Program-made: the position numbers and the translations under genes
Part shown: positions 27,909 through 36,656 of the stretch, piece by piece
Numbering within the stretch: the stretch's first letter is position 1
How the letters are laid out: every line of letters starts with the position of its first letter
The notes under the pieces: model-generated
Told to the model about the DNA's origin: nothing
The model's database searches: none
What the model saw: the letters and a program-made list of their open reading frames with translations, nothing else
Origin: an uncultured Deferribacteres bacterium
GTDB lineage: Bacteria > Zhuqueibacterota > Zhuqueibacteria > Zhuqueibacterales > Geothermadaptataceae
Direction of reading: 5' to 3'
DNA: 64,000 nt
NCBI GenBank assembly: GCA_964014485.1
Contig: CAXHAT010000008.1
Span: forward strand, 11,892 to 75,891

Positions 27909-30900
27909 TCAACTCTTCCGATCCACAAGACTGTAAACCGTCGGGATGACGACGAGGGTCAGGATTGTGGCGGTGAGCAGGCCGAAAATTACCGTAATCG
28001 CCATCGGCGTGCGAATTTCAGCGCCGTCGCCGAAGCCAATGGCCATGGGCAGCAGGCCGAGAACCGTGGTCGATGTGGTCATCAAAATCGGGCGCAGACG
28101 CACGCGGCCCGCTTCGACGATGGCCTGCATTTTTTCCATGCCGCGATCGCGCAATTGGTTGATGTAATCGACCAGTACAATCGCGTTGTTAACCACAATG
28201 CCCGCCAGCATGATCATGCCGAGAAAGACGACAATGCTGAGCGGAATATTCAAAATATAGAGAAACGCGACCACGCCAATGATCGCCAGCGGTATCGTAA
28301 AAATGATGATAAACGGATGCACCAGCGACTCGAATTGCGAGGCCATCACGATGTAAACCAGGAAAATAGCCAGCGCCAAAGCCAGCGTTAAACTGTTCAT
28401 CGAAGTTTCCATTTCCTTGTTCTGTCCCGCGAGCGTGTAAGTGAAACCTTGCGGCAGATTGGTTTCGCTCATGAGCGTGTGGATGTCGTTGCTCACGCTG
28501 CGCAAGTCACGCCCGCCGCCGATGTTGGCGGTGATGAGCGCCGTGCGTTGTTGGTCAACGCGGCGAATTTCCGACGGGCCTTCATTGACGCGCAATTCAG
28601 CAACCGCTGAAAGCGGGATCGGCTTGGGCGAACCTGGATTAACGATCAAACGGCCAAGATTTTCGATGCTCTGCCGGTCTTGTTCGCGCAACTGCACGAG
28701 CACGTCGATGCGGCGATCTTGCTGTTTGAATTCCGTCGCGACGTCGCCGCGAACCTTGTTGCGGATGATGGACGCTACGTCGCGCACGTTCAGACCGTAG
28801 AGCGCGAGACGTTGACGATTGTAAAGGATTTGCACTTCCGGATTGCCCGCCTGCATACTCGATTTTACGTCGAACAAGCCGGGGATTTGCTGCAACTCTT
28901 CCTCGAGTCGTTGCGCGGTTTGCTTGAGCACGGCCAAATTGTAACCGTGGATTTCAAGCTCGATGGGCGTTTTGAAGCTGAATAAAACCGGGAGCGCAAT
29001 TTTCCATTGGATGCCGGAATAGTCGCCCATTTGTTCACGAATCGCGGTGATCAAAGCGTCTTCGTCAACGTCAGTCTGATCGCGATCCACCATGACGGTC
29101 AATTTTGCGGTATGCTCGCCTTCTTCGCTGGTGGAGCTGGCGCTTTTGTCCGTGCCGGAAACCGCCGCTATCATGCCAACTCCGGCCATTTGCTGCACTT
29201 CATTCTGGATTTCGCCGATGCGCGAATCCGTGCGTTCCACCGGCGTGCCGACCGGCATGGAAACTTCAACGTTAAATTCGCCTTGATTAACTTCGGGAAT
29301 CAATTCGCTTCCCAAACGCGGCCAAATGACAAAAACGGAGAAAATGAAGAGCGCCGCCATGCCGCCGAGCACCGCACTGCGATTTTGCAACGCACTGCCA
29401 AGAAGTTTTGGATAAGCTTTTTCGATTGCGCCAATAACAACATTGAAAACGGCAAAAACCAGAGCCGCCGGAACCGTGAATAATAGTTGCAATTGCAGCC
29501 AGGCAAATTTCAGCAGCAGCATCACCGAAGTGATGACCAAATGAAAAACACGGAAACTCGCTTCAAGTAAAAGATAGATAAAGAATTTGACGATGTAGAG
29601 CGTGAAAACGATAGGCGCGAAAATCGCTTTGAAGATTTTCTTGATGATCGAGCTTTCGGAAAACGCAGTCTTAAATTTTCTGAAATCGTTGTAGCACTCG
29701 CTCAGTGATTGGAAAGATAAGAATGTCGGCCAGAGGTTTTGAATGAATTTGAAATTCCAAATCGCGGAAGTGTTTTGTGAGTAGCCGCCGAATTTTTCAG
29801 AGATATTGAATTTGACCAGTCGCACAAGCTTGCCGAGGCCGAGAACAGGCGTGAGTATTAAAAGAATCGGCAGGCTAAAGAGCTTTAAAAGGGCGATGAC
29901 AAATCCGCCCAGCGCTTGCAAAATTTTGAAAGCGAAAAGGCCGAAATTCAACACAAACGCCCAGGTGCCTTTGCCCAATCGTGAAAACAGGCTCAAGTCG
30001 TTGGATTTATCGAAGGCTGCGTTGACGTGTTTCTCGCTCGAGAACGAAAAGACGCTGCCTTGCATCACGTCTTTCAGTGCCGCGCCGCCGGAGAATGATT
30101 TGAGGCTGCGGGAAGAAAGCATGGGAATCAGAAACAATGCAACGGCAAGCGAGGCGAAAAGTGAGAAAACAACCGTGAGCGCCATGTCGCCAAAAATCTG
30201 CCCGGCCACGCCTTCGACGAAAACGATGGGGAAAAATACCGCGACCGTTGTGAGCGTCGAGGCGAAAACCGCGCTGCCGACCTCGCTGACCCCGCGCATT
30301 GTCGCTTGAATTAAACCGTCGCCTTCTTCACGGCAACGGGCAATGCTTTCCAGGACGACGATTGAGTTATCGACGAGCATGCCGATGCCAAGCGCGAGAC
30401 CGCCGAGGGACATGATGTTGAGCGACACGTCGAAAATTTTCATCGGCGCGAAGGTCGCGACAATGGAGATCGGGATGGCAATGCCGATAATGAGCGTCGC
30501 AGTGAAATTGCGCAGAAAAACGAACAGAACGATGACGGCCAGCAATCCGCCGACGACTGCGGTTGTTTTAACGTCCGCGATGGAATTTTCGATGAAGACG
30601 GATTGGTCGGAGAGTTTGACGATATTCATGCCGTCCGGCAATTCATAGGCGATGAAATTCGTCATCATGCGCGTATTGGCGACGCCGTTGCCGCCGGAAC
30701 TGCCATTCGTCGATTCCGCGGAGCCGTTGGTCATCTCATGCGATTTCGTCGTGTCTTCTTTCTGCGATTTCATATTGGCGACGAAAGCCTGCTGTTCCGG
30801 CGTGCCGAAAATCCGGTCGGTCACGCGATGTGCGATTTCAACAATGTTCGCGTCCGCTTCTTTGAAAATTTCGATCTCGACGCTTTCCTGACCGTCGATG

Positions 30901-31811
30901 CGGGTGATGATCTCACGTTCACGATTTGTGCGCGAAACGTTTGCAACGTCTTTGATTTTGATTTCGCGATTGTTCCAGGTTCCGATCACGACTTCGCGAA
31001 TTTCAGGAACGGTCTTGAATTCGTTGAGCGTGCGGACGAGGTATTCGGTTTGTCCTTCCTTAAGATTGCCCCCTGCGAGATTGACATTCTCCTGCGCCAA
31101 GCGATTCTTGACCTGCTGAATATCGATGCCGATCAGGGTTAGTTGCTGCTCGTTCAGTTCAACACGAATTTCTTCTTCCAAACCGCCCTTAACTTTCACC
31201 GCCGCTACGCCCGGCAGCGTTTCAAGTTTACGTTTAATGTCTTCTTCGGCAATGTAGCGCGTTCGGAAGAGTCCGGAAGCGTCAGGTGCGCCGTAGAGTC
31301 CGACGCGAATGATGGGATCGAGGGTTGGATCGTAGCGGAGAATGAGCGGACGTTCCGCGTCGTCGGGTAGGAAGACCTGGTCAAGCTTTTCGCGAACGTC
31401 GGCGGTCGCCTGGTTCATGTCCGCGTCCCAGGTAAATTCTAGCTTAACGTCCGATTGTCCCGCTTTGGAAACCGAGCTGATGCTGACGAGCTTATTGACC
31501 ACGCCCAGCGCTTGTTCGACGGGGCGGGAAATCGTGGTTTCGATTTCTTCGGGCGCGGTTCCGGTGTATTCGGTGCGCACGGTCAGCGACGGGTAAGTGA
31601 TGTCCGGCATCAAATTTAGCGGCAGTTGCGCGTAGGAAATCCAGCCGAACACAACCACGCCGATGACGACCATCAAAATGCCGACGGGCTTGGTGGTGGT
31701 AAACTTGAAGAACTCACCGCTTCTGCTTGTTGGCGTCAGTGTGGCGTCCTGTTGTTCTTGTAAATCTTTCTCAGCCGCTTGTTGCAGCGCTTTTTTATCT
31801 TGATCTTGCAT
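27909..31811 (-). CDS. RND efflux permease, subunit 1, with large insertions (1300 aa)
   Basis: LPLNLMPDITYP, GMLVDNSIVVLESI, GIVVNNAIVLVD, RLRPILMTT. Confidence 0.93.
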   Translation of the reverse strand: MQDQDKKALQQAAEKDLQEQQDATLTPTSRSGEFFKFTTTKPVGILMVVIGVVVFGWISYAQLPLNLMPDITYPSLTVRTEYTGTAPEEIETTISRPVEQALGVVNKLVSISSVSKAGQSDVKLEFTWDADMNQATADVREKLDQVFLPDDAERPLILRYDPTLDPIIRVGLYGAPDASGLFRTRYIAEEDIKRKLETLPGVAAVKVKGGLEEEIRVELNEQQLTLIGIDIQQVKNRLAQENVNLAGGNLKEGQTEYLVRTLNEFKTVPEIREVVIGTWNNREIKIKDVANVSRTNREREIITRIDGQESVEIEIFKEADANIVEIAHRVTDRIFGTPEQQAFVANMKSQKEDTTKSHEMTNGSAESTNGSSGGNGVANTRMMTNFIAYELPDGMNIVKLSDQSVFIENSIADVKTTAVVGGLLAVIVLFVFLRNFTATLIIGIAIPISIVATFAPMKIFDVSLNIMSLGGLALGIGMLVDNSIVVLESIARCREEGDGLIQATMRGVSEVGSAVFASTLTTVAVFFPIVFVEGVAGQIFGDMALTVVFSLFASLAVALFLIPMLSSRSLKSFSGGAALKDVMQGSVFSFSSEKHVNAAFDKSNDLSLFSRLGKGTWAFVLNFGLFAFKILQALGGFVIALLKLFSLPILLILTPVLGLGKLVRLVKFNISEKFGGYSQNTSAIWNFKFIQNLWPTFLSFQSLSECYNDFRKFKTAFSESSIIKKIFKAIFAPIVFTLYIVKFFIYLLLEASFRVFHLVITSVMLLLKFAWLQLQLLFTVPAALVFAVFNVVIGAIEKAYPKLLGSALQNRSAVLGGMAALFIFSVFVIWPRLGSELIPEVNQGEFNVEVSMPVGTPVERTDSRIGEIQNEVQQMAGVGMIAAVSGTDKSASSTSEEGEHTAKLTVMVDRDQTDVDEDALITAIREQMGDYSGIQWKIALPVLFSFKTPIELEIHGYNLAVLKQTAQRLEEELQQIPGLFDVKSSMQAGNPEVQILYNRQRLALYGLNVRDVASIIRNKVRGDVATEFKQQDRRIDVLVQLREQDRQSIENLGRLIVNPGSPKPIPLSAVAELRVNEGPSEIRRVDQQRTALITANIGGGRDLRSVSNDIHTLMSETNLPQGFTYTLAGQNKEMETSMNSLTLALALAIFLVYIVMASQFESLVHPFIIIFTIPLAIIGVVAFLYILNIPLSIVVFLGMIMLAGIVVNNAIVLVDYINQLRDRGMEKMQAIVEAGRVRLRPILMTTSTTVLGLLPMAIGFGDGAEIRTPMAITVIFGLLTATILTLVVIPTVYSLVDRKS

Positions 31812-31914
31812 TTTTTCTCTTCCACTCAGCTTATTGGCAATCGAGAATCGTTATTTCAATTCATCTCGCAGGTAGAATCTTCGACAGCTTGGTCAATCAG
31901 TCTCCGATGTCGAA

Positions 31915-32102
31915 GACCCCAAGGGGGTCGAATGTAATAGCGAAGGGCAACGCCCTGGAAAAACGATTCCTAAAAAGTGTTATTCAAGCCCTGAAAGGGC
32001 GAGATAATTTTGTGTGTCGCCCTTACAGGGCTTGAGGAAACGTGATGCGCTATTTAAACCCAGGGCGTTGCCCTGGGCTATTATGTTTTGCTCCGTTGGA
32101 GC
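31915..32102. repeat. REPIN-like composite palindromic element (GCCCTGAAAGGGC family)
   Basis: Nested inverted arms AGGGCAACGCCCTGG / CCAGGGCGTTGCCCT and CAAGCCCTGAAAGGGCGA / TCGCCCTTACAGGGCTTG. Confidence 0.7.
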
Positions 32103-32157
32103 ATTTTTCTGTTTTGGGAATTCGAAGTTGTTGGGGAAATCTTTGTAAGAATCGATG

Positions 32158-32199
32158 CGCGGACGTAACGCAGACATCCTTGTCTGCGTTACGTCCGCG
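32158..32199. repeat. Perfect 19-bp stem hairpin, REP-like
   Basis: CGCGGACGTAACGCAGACA-TCCT-TGTCTGCGTTACGTCCGCG. Confidence 0.75.
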
Positions 32200-32227
32200 G
32201 CGGCTCTGGAGAAAACTTGTTTTGCCG

Positions 32228-33337
32228 TTATCTTTCAGCGACGATTTTTACTTTGGACTGATCCTTTAAACCGGCTTGACCAACCATGATGATTTTGTCA
32301 CCGGCTTCAATGTCCGAGAGCGCTTCGATGTTTTGATAGTCTTGAAAACCAGCGTTGAGCAGAACTTTTGATGCAATGCCATCTCGCACGACAAAGACGA
32401 ACATTTTTTCGTTTTCATAAACCAGAGCGGATTTCGAGATGAGCGCGGCGTTTTTGTGCGTCTCGGTGATAATATGCGCATTGACGAACATGCCCGGACG
32501 CAGTTGGCCTTTCTGGTTTTTCACGCCAACCGTGACTTTAAACGTACCGCTTTGCGGATCGACCACCGGGCTGACGCGCTTGATCCAGCCGGTAAATTCT
32601 TTGCCGCCGAGATTGTCGGAAGTCAAAAACGCTTTCTGGTTTTTCTTGATCCGGCCAATTTCTTTCTCCGGCGCGTGAACGACTGCGATCATTTCCTGGG
32701 TATTAACAACGGAAAACAATTTGTCGGAAGGCTGGATGCGGTCGCCGGGGCGTACGAGACGTTCGCCAATAACGCCGTTGATCGGCGCTTCGATTTGGGT
32801 GTATTTCAAGTTGAGTTGCGCTTTTTCCCATTCGATCTTGGCGTTTTGCATCGTATACTTGGCTTGTTCGAATTCTTCCTTGCTCAGAAGCTTTTTGTCG
32901 AACATTGACTGGGCGCGGTCATAAGCGTTTTTCTGCTGCTCGAAGCTAACGCGAGCGCTTTGCTCGTTCAGCTCATGCTCATCAGCTTCAAGAGCGACAA
33001 GGCTTTGACCTTTACGAACGTAATCGCCTTCCTCGGCGTTCAATTTTTCAACGATGCCCTGAACGCGGGAAAAAACGTCAGCCATTTTTTCGGTTTCGAG
33101 ATTTGAACTGAGAAGAATGTAGGAGGAGATGTCGCCGCTTTGGACTTGGGCGACTTCGACGGGAACGGATTCATCTTTTTTCTTTTTATCGGGGAGATCG
33201 CTGGAAGACTTTTCTTCGGTTTGTTTGTTCTCGCTGGCGTCGTCCTTGTTTTTGGCGTTGGTTTCGCCGCAGTGAATTTGCAGAAAGCTGAGTCCTAGAA
33301 TGAGCAGAACTGCCGGCAGTGAAATATACTTTTTCAT
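32228..33337 (-). CDS. RND membrane fusion protein (periplasmic adaptor), lipoprotein
   Basis: Lipobox-like IH-C; VPVEV, lipoyl halves GIVEKL..EEGDYVRKGQ and IEAPINGVI, LRPGMFV. Confidence 0.92.
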   Translation of the reverse strand: MKKYISLPAVLLILGLSFLQIHCGETNAKNKDDASENKQTEEKSSSDLPDKKKKDESVPVEVAQVQSGDISSYILLSSNLETEKMADVFSRVQGIVEKLNAEEGDYVRKGQSLVALEADEHELNEQSARVSFEQQKNAYDRAQSMFDKKLLSKEEFEQAKYTMQNAKIEWEKAQLNLKYTQIEAPINGVIGERLVRPGDRIQPSDKLFSVVNTQEMIAVVHAPEKEIGRIKKNQKAFLTSDNLGGKEFTGWIKRVSPVVDPQSGTFKVTVGVKNQKGQLRPGMFVNAHIITETHKNAALISKSALVYENEKMFVFVVRDGIASKVLLNAGFQDYQNIEALSDIEAGDKIIMVGQAGLKDQSKVKIVAER

Positions 33338-33810
33338 GATCCCTTCCTCAAAATAGCTTGAAATTCTTGATCGCTTGGCTAGATGTTTTCTCTCGTACCG
33401 CCGCTAACTACGGGCGAAATTTGGAAAATGTTTCTCTCTAAAATCAATCAGGCGCTTTTTGTTAATAAGACGATTAAACATAAACAAAAGTCGCTCGACT
33501 TCTGACAAGTTCACGGGCTGAATTAAATATACGGGAATCCAATCGGGATGAGTAAGGCAAGGGGAGATTGAGCAAAATTTCACAATCTATGCGAGGCAAA
33601 ATAACGGCGGGACGTTTTTAAGTTTTGAGACGGCTCCACTCATGAAAAATCAATTTGTCCGGAACCTCGCACGATATGAGCAATAATTGCTATAATGCTT
33701 CGTCTCCGTTTAGCGGATATAACAAGTACATTTAAAGCGATTTTCAAAATGAAGAAAAATGGGCGTTTTTTAAACCCGACCTGCAACCTGAACGTCAGTG
33801 ACTTCCAGCT

Positions 33811-34335
33811 ATGAGAAAACTTGGTCTGACCTTCCTGCTGTTTATCCTCGCAGCGGCGTGCAACGACATCGACGATATGGCCGGACAGCCGTATTTTTTT
33901 GATTTCGAAACAGCGGCGGAAATGGAACGCTTCTCCTGGCGCTGCCAAACGCTTTTTGAACGCACGCGAGATTTCGCCACGAACGGCGAGTACGGTCTGA
34001 AGCTGGAGTTTTTTCCCAGCAAGTATCCCGCACTTAAAACCAGTCGTTTTCAGCCTGACTGGACTATTTTTTCAAGTTTACACTTCGATGTTTTTAACCC
34101 CGAAAAAGATACTTTGCGACTTGATTTCAAAATCAAGGATGCGGACGATCGTCAACACTATGAATTTCTGAAAATCCCGCCTGGACAAGAGCATGTCGCC
34201 CTGCCGTTATCCGCCCTCGCTTACGACAATCAAAATCGCAAACTGGACTTTAGCCGGATTCGCTCCGTAACCGTTTACATTCTCCAGCCGAAACAAAAGC
34301 ACACGCTCTATTTTGATTATTTTCATTTGAAATGA
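33811..34335 (+). CDS. Hypothetical lipoprotein, jelly-roll / CBM-like
   Basis: Lipobox LAAA-C; FFDFE, DWT.FSSL.FDVFNP, LYFDYF.L patterns. Confidence 0.65.
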   Translation: MRKLGLTFLLFILAAACNDIDDMAGQPYFFDFETAAEMERFSWRCQTLFERTRDFATNGEYGLKLEFFPSKYPALKTSRFQPDWTIFSSLHFDVFNPEKDTLRLDFKIKDADDRQHYEFLKIPPGQEHVALPLSALAYDNQNRKLDFSRIRSVTVYILQPKQKHTLYFDYFHLK

Positions 34336-34615
34336 ACTCTCGACGAAATTGCTGTGCGAAACCCGGAGAGTCGTCTGATTCGCGTTATAAATTTTCCTGA
34401 ATATTCGCTCTGCACAACCGACCTTTAACCGTATAAAAGAATACCGCCGTAACGGATGCGGCTGATGCTCGCTTTTTTACGCCCCGAAATATCAACATGC
34501 TCAACGGATTCGAGTTTGGCAGACCTCGATTTTCCGGGCTTTATCGATGCATCATTTTTCCCGGGATCGGAACCGCAACAGGAAGTATTTGCACGACAAC
34601 TCGGCAGGAGCAGAC

Positions 34616-35809
34616 ATGGGTATTTTCGACTTTCAACGCATCGACCGCCTTCCCCCGTACGTTTTCACCATCGTCAAACAATACAAAGACCAAACCGAGG
34701 CGCACGGCAAGCGCGTGCTGGATTTCGGCATGGGCAATCCCGATCAGCCGCCGCCCCCGCACATTATCGACAAGTTGGTGGAAGTCACTCAAAAGCCGGA
34801 CGTGCATCGTTACTCGGTTTCGCACGGCGTGGATGATTTGAGAAGCGCATTGTGCCGCTGGTACCAGAGAAAATATGACGTAACGCTTGATCCTGAGCAG
34901 GAAGCTATCGTCACCATCGGTTCAAAAGAAGGGCTCTCGCACCTTGCGCTGGCCATCATCAATCCCGGAGATCTGGTTTTTAGCCCAAGCCCGGCCTATC
35001 CGATTCATCATTACGCGCCCATCATTTCCGGTGGATTGGTTCATCACATTCCCGTCGGCCCCAAGGAAGATTTTCTGGACAATGTGAAGCAGGCGTTTAA
35101 AAAGGCTTCGCCGCGGCCCAAAATCATCTTCTTGAACTTTCCACACAACCCGACCGCCGCTTGCGTGGAACTGGATTTTTACCGGGACATCGTTGAATTT
35201 GCACTGGAACAAGATATTCTTTTGGTTAATGATTTAGCTTATTCCGAGGTCGCATTTGACGGCTACGTGCCGCCGTCCATTTTGCAAATTCCCGGTGCAA
35301 AAGACATTGCGGTTGAATTTTACAGCATGTCGAAAACATACAACATGCCCGGGTGGCGCGTCGGTTTCTGCGCCGGCAACGCCAAAGTTGTTGCAGCGCT
35401 GCGCAGAATGAAAAGTTATTTGGATTACGGTATGCCGCAGCCGGTGCAAATCGCCGCCGCCGCCGCACTGAACGGCCCGCAGTCGTGCGTAGACGATATT
35501 CGCGATTTGTACCAAAAACGCCGCGATCAATTATGCGACGGTTTGAATAGCGTCGGTTGGGCGGTGGAACGCCCCAGAGCGACGATGTTTGTCTGGGCGG
35601 AAATACCGGAAGAATTTAAGGCAATAGGGTCGCTAAAGTTTAGCAAGTATCTGATTGAAGAAGCGGGCGTGGCGCTTTCACCGGGGATCGGTTTTGGCGA
35701 TTTTGGCGACGAATATGTGCGCATCAGCCTGCTCGGTTCAGAAGTGGAAATTGCGGAAGCCGTGGATAATATTGGCGGGGCGTTGAATCGACGGGCAGTA
35801 GCGGCGTAA
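34616..35809 (+). CDS. alaC: Class I/II PLP aminotransferase, AlaC-like
   Basis: F.RIDRLPPYVF, DFGMGNPD, GSKEG, NFPHNPT, SMSKTYNMPGWRVG, SYLDYG; AGGAG RBS. Confidence 0.7.
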   Translation: MGIFDFQRIDRLPPYVFTIVKQYKDQTEAHGKRVLDFGMGNPDQPPPPHIIDKLVEVTQKPDVHRYSVSHGVDDLRSALCRWYQRKYDVTLDPEQEAIVTIGSKEGLSHLALAIINPGDLVFSPSPAYPIHHYAPIISGGLVHHIPVGPKEDFLDNVKQAFKKASPRPKIIFLNFPHNPTAACVELDFYRDIVEFALEQDILLVNDLAYSEVAFDGYVPPSILQIPGAKDIAVEFYSMSKTYNMPGWRVGFCAGNAKVVAALRRMKSYLDYGMPQPVQIAAAAALNGPQSCVDDIRDLYQKRRDQLCDGLNSVGWAVERPRATMFVWAEIPEEFKAIGSLKFSKYLIEEAGVALSPGIGFGDFGDEYVRISLLGSEVEIAEAVDNIGGALNRRAVAA

Positions 35810-35830
35810 GGCAAATTTGACGAGAGCGGT

Positions 35831-35850
35831 GGAAAAAGGCGGCCTTTTTT
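35831..35850. terminator. Bidirectional terminator-like hairpin
   Basis: GAAAAAGGCGGCCTTTTTT between convergent alaC-like and dapF. Confidence 0.5.
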
Positions 35851-35855
35851 CAGCC

Positions 35856-36656
35856 TCAAAAATTGGCGAAAGCTTCTCCCGTAAACGGCTGCGAGACCGT
35901 CCCTTGCAATCGCGGTCGGTCTGTTTCAGCGTCGATCGAGATGACCAGTTCTCCGCCGGGCGGGTAAAGCATGACGGGAAATTCTACTTTTTTGCATTCG
36001 GCGCTGATATATGCGGAAGCGACGGCGCCCGTGCCGCACGCCAGCGTTTCAGCGTTAACGCCGCGCTCATAAGTACGAATTTTGAGCGTTCTTTCGTCAA
36101 CGATTTCGATGAAATTGACATTGGTTCCATGCGGGGCGAAAAAGGCGTGTTTGCAATAATGCTTGCCGATTTTCTCGACGTTTACGGCCGCCAGGTTTTG
36201 TGAGAAAATCACATAATGCGGCACGCCGACCCAACAAAATCCTCCTTCTTCAAAATCGCTGTGTTCTAACGCTCCCGGCAAAATCGTCGTCTTTTTTGGT
36301 TTGTGCATCAAGAGCGAAACGACGTCTCCGGCGACTGAAGCTTCGTAGACGTCATCGCAAACTTCAAAACGACAGTTTTCCGGCGCGAGTTTATTGTGCA
36401 CGGCAAACCAGGCTGAAGCGCGCGCGCCGTTACCGCACATTTCCGCTTCTGCGCCGTCCGCGTTGAAATAGCGCATCCGAAAATCAGTTTTTTCGCTCGG
36501 CTCCAAAATCAAAATTCCGTCTGCGCCGACGCCCTTTTGGCGATGGCAAAGATGTTCCAAAAATGTCTGGTCATAGTCCTTGGCGGGCGATGCGACATGG
36601 TCGAAGAGAATGAAGTCGTTGCCGGTCGCGGAAAGTTTTGCAAAGTGAACTTTCAT
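35856..36656 (-). CDS. dapF: Diaminopimelate epimerase
   Basis: GNDF, GVGADG, NADG.EAEMCGNGAR, GVPH, NVNF, RTYERGV..ETLACGTG. Confidence 0.95.
   Translation of the reverse strand: MKVHFAKLSATGNDFILFDHVASPAKDYDQTFLEHLCHRQKGVGADGILILEPSEKTDFRMRYFNADGAEAEMCGNGARASAWFAVHNKLAPENCRFEVCDDVYEASVAGDVVSLLMHKPKKTTILPGALEHSDFEEGGFCWVGVPHYVIFSQNLAAVNVEKIGKHYCKHAFFAPHGTNVNFIEIVDERTLKIRTYERGVNAETLACGTGAVASAYISAECKKVEFPVMLYPPGGELVISIDAETDRPRLQGTVSQPFTGEAFANF

Noticed and set aside
24569..31600. Long plus-strand ORFs of up to 289 aa opposite the RND genes
   Set aside because: They are antisense shadows of strongly supported genes, with no motifs or RBS.
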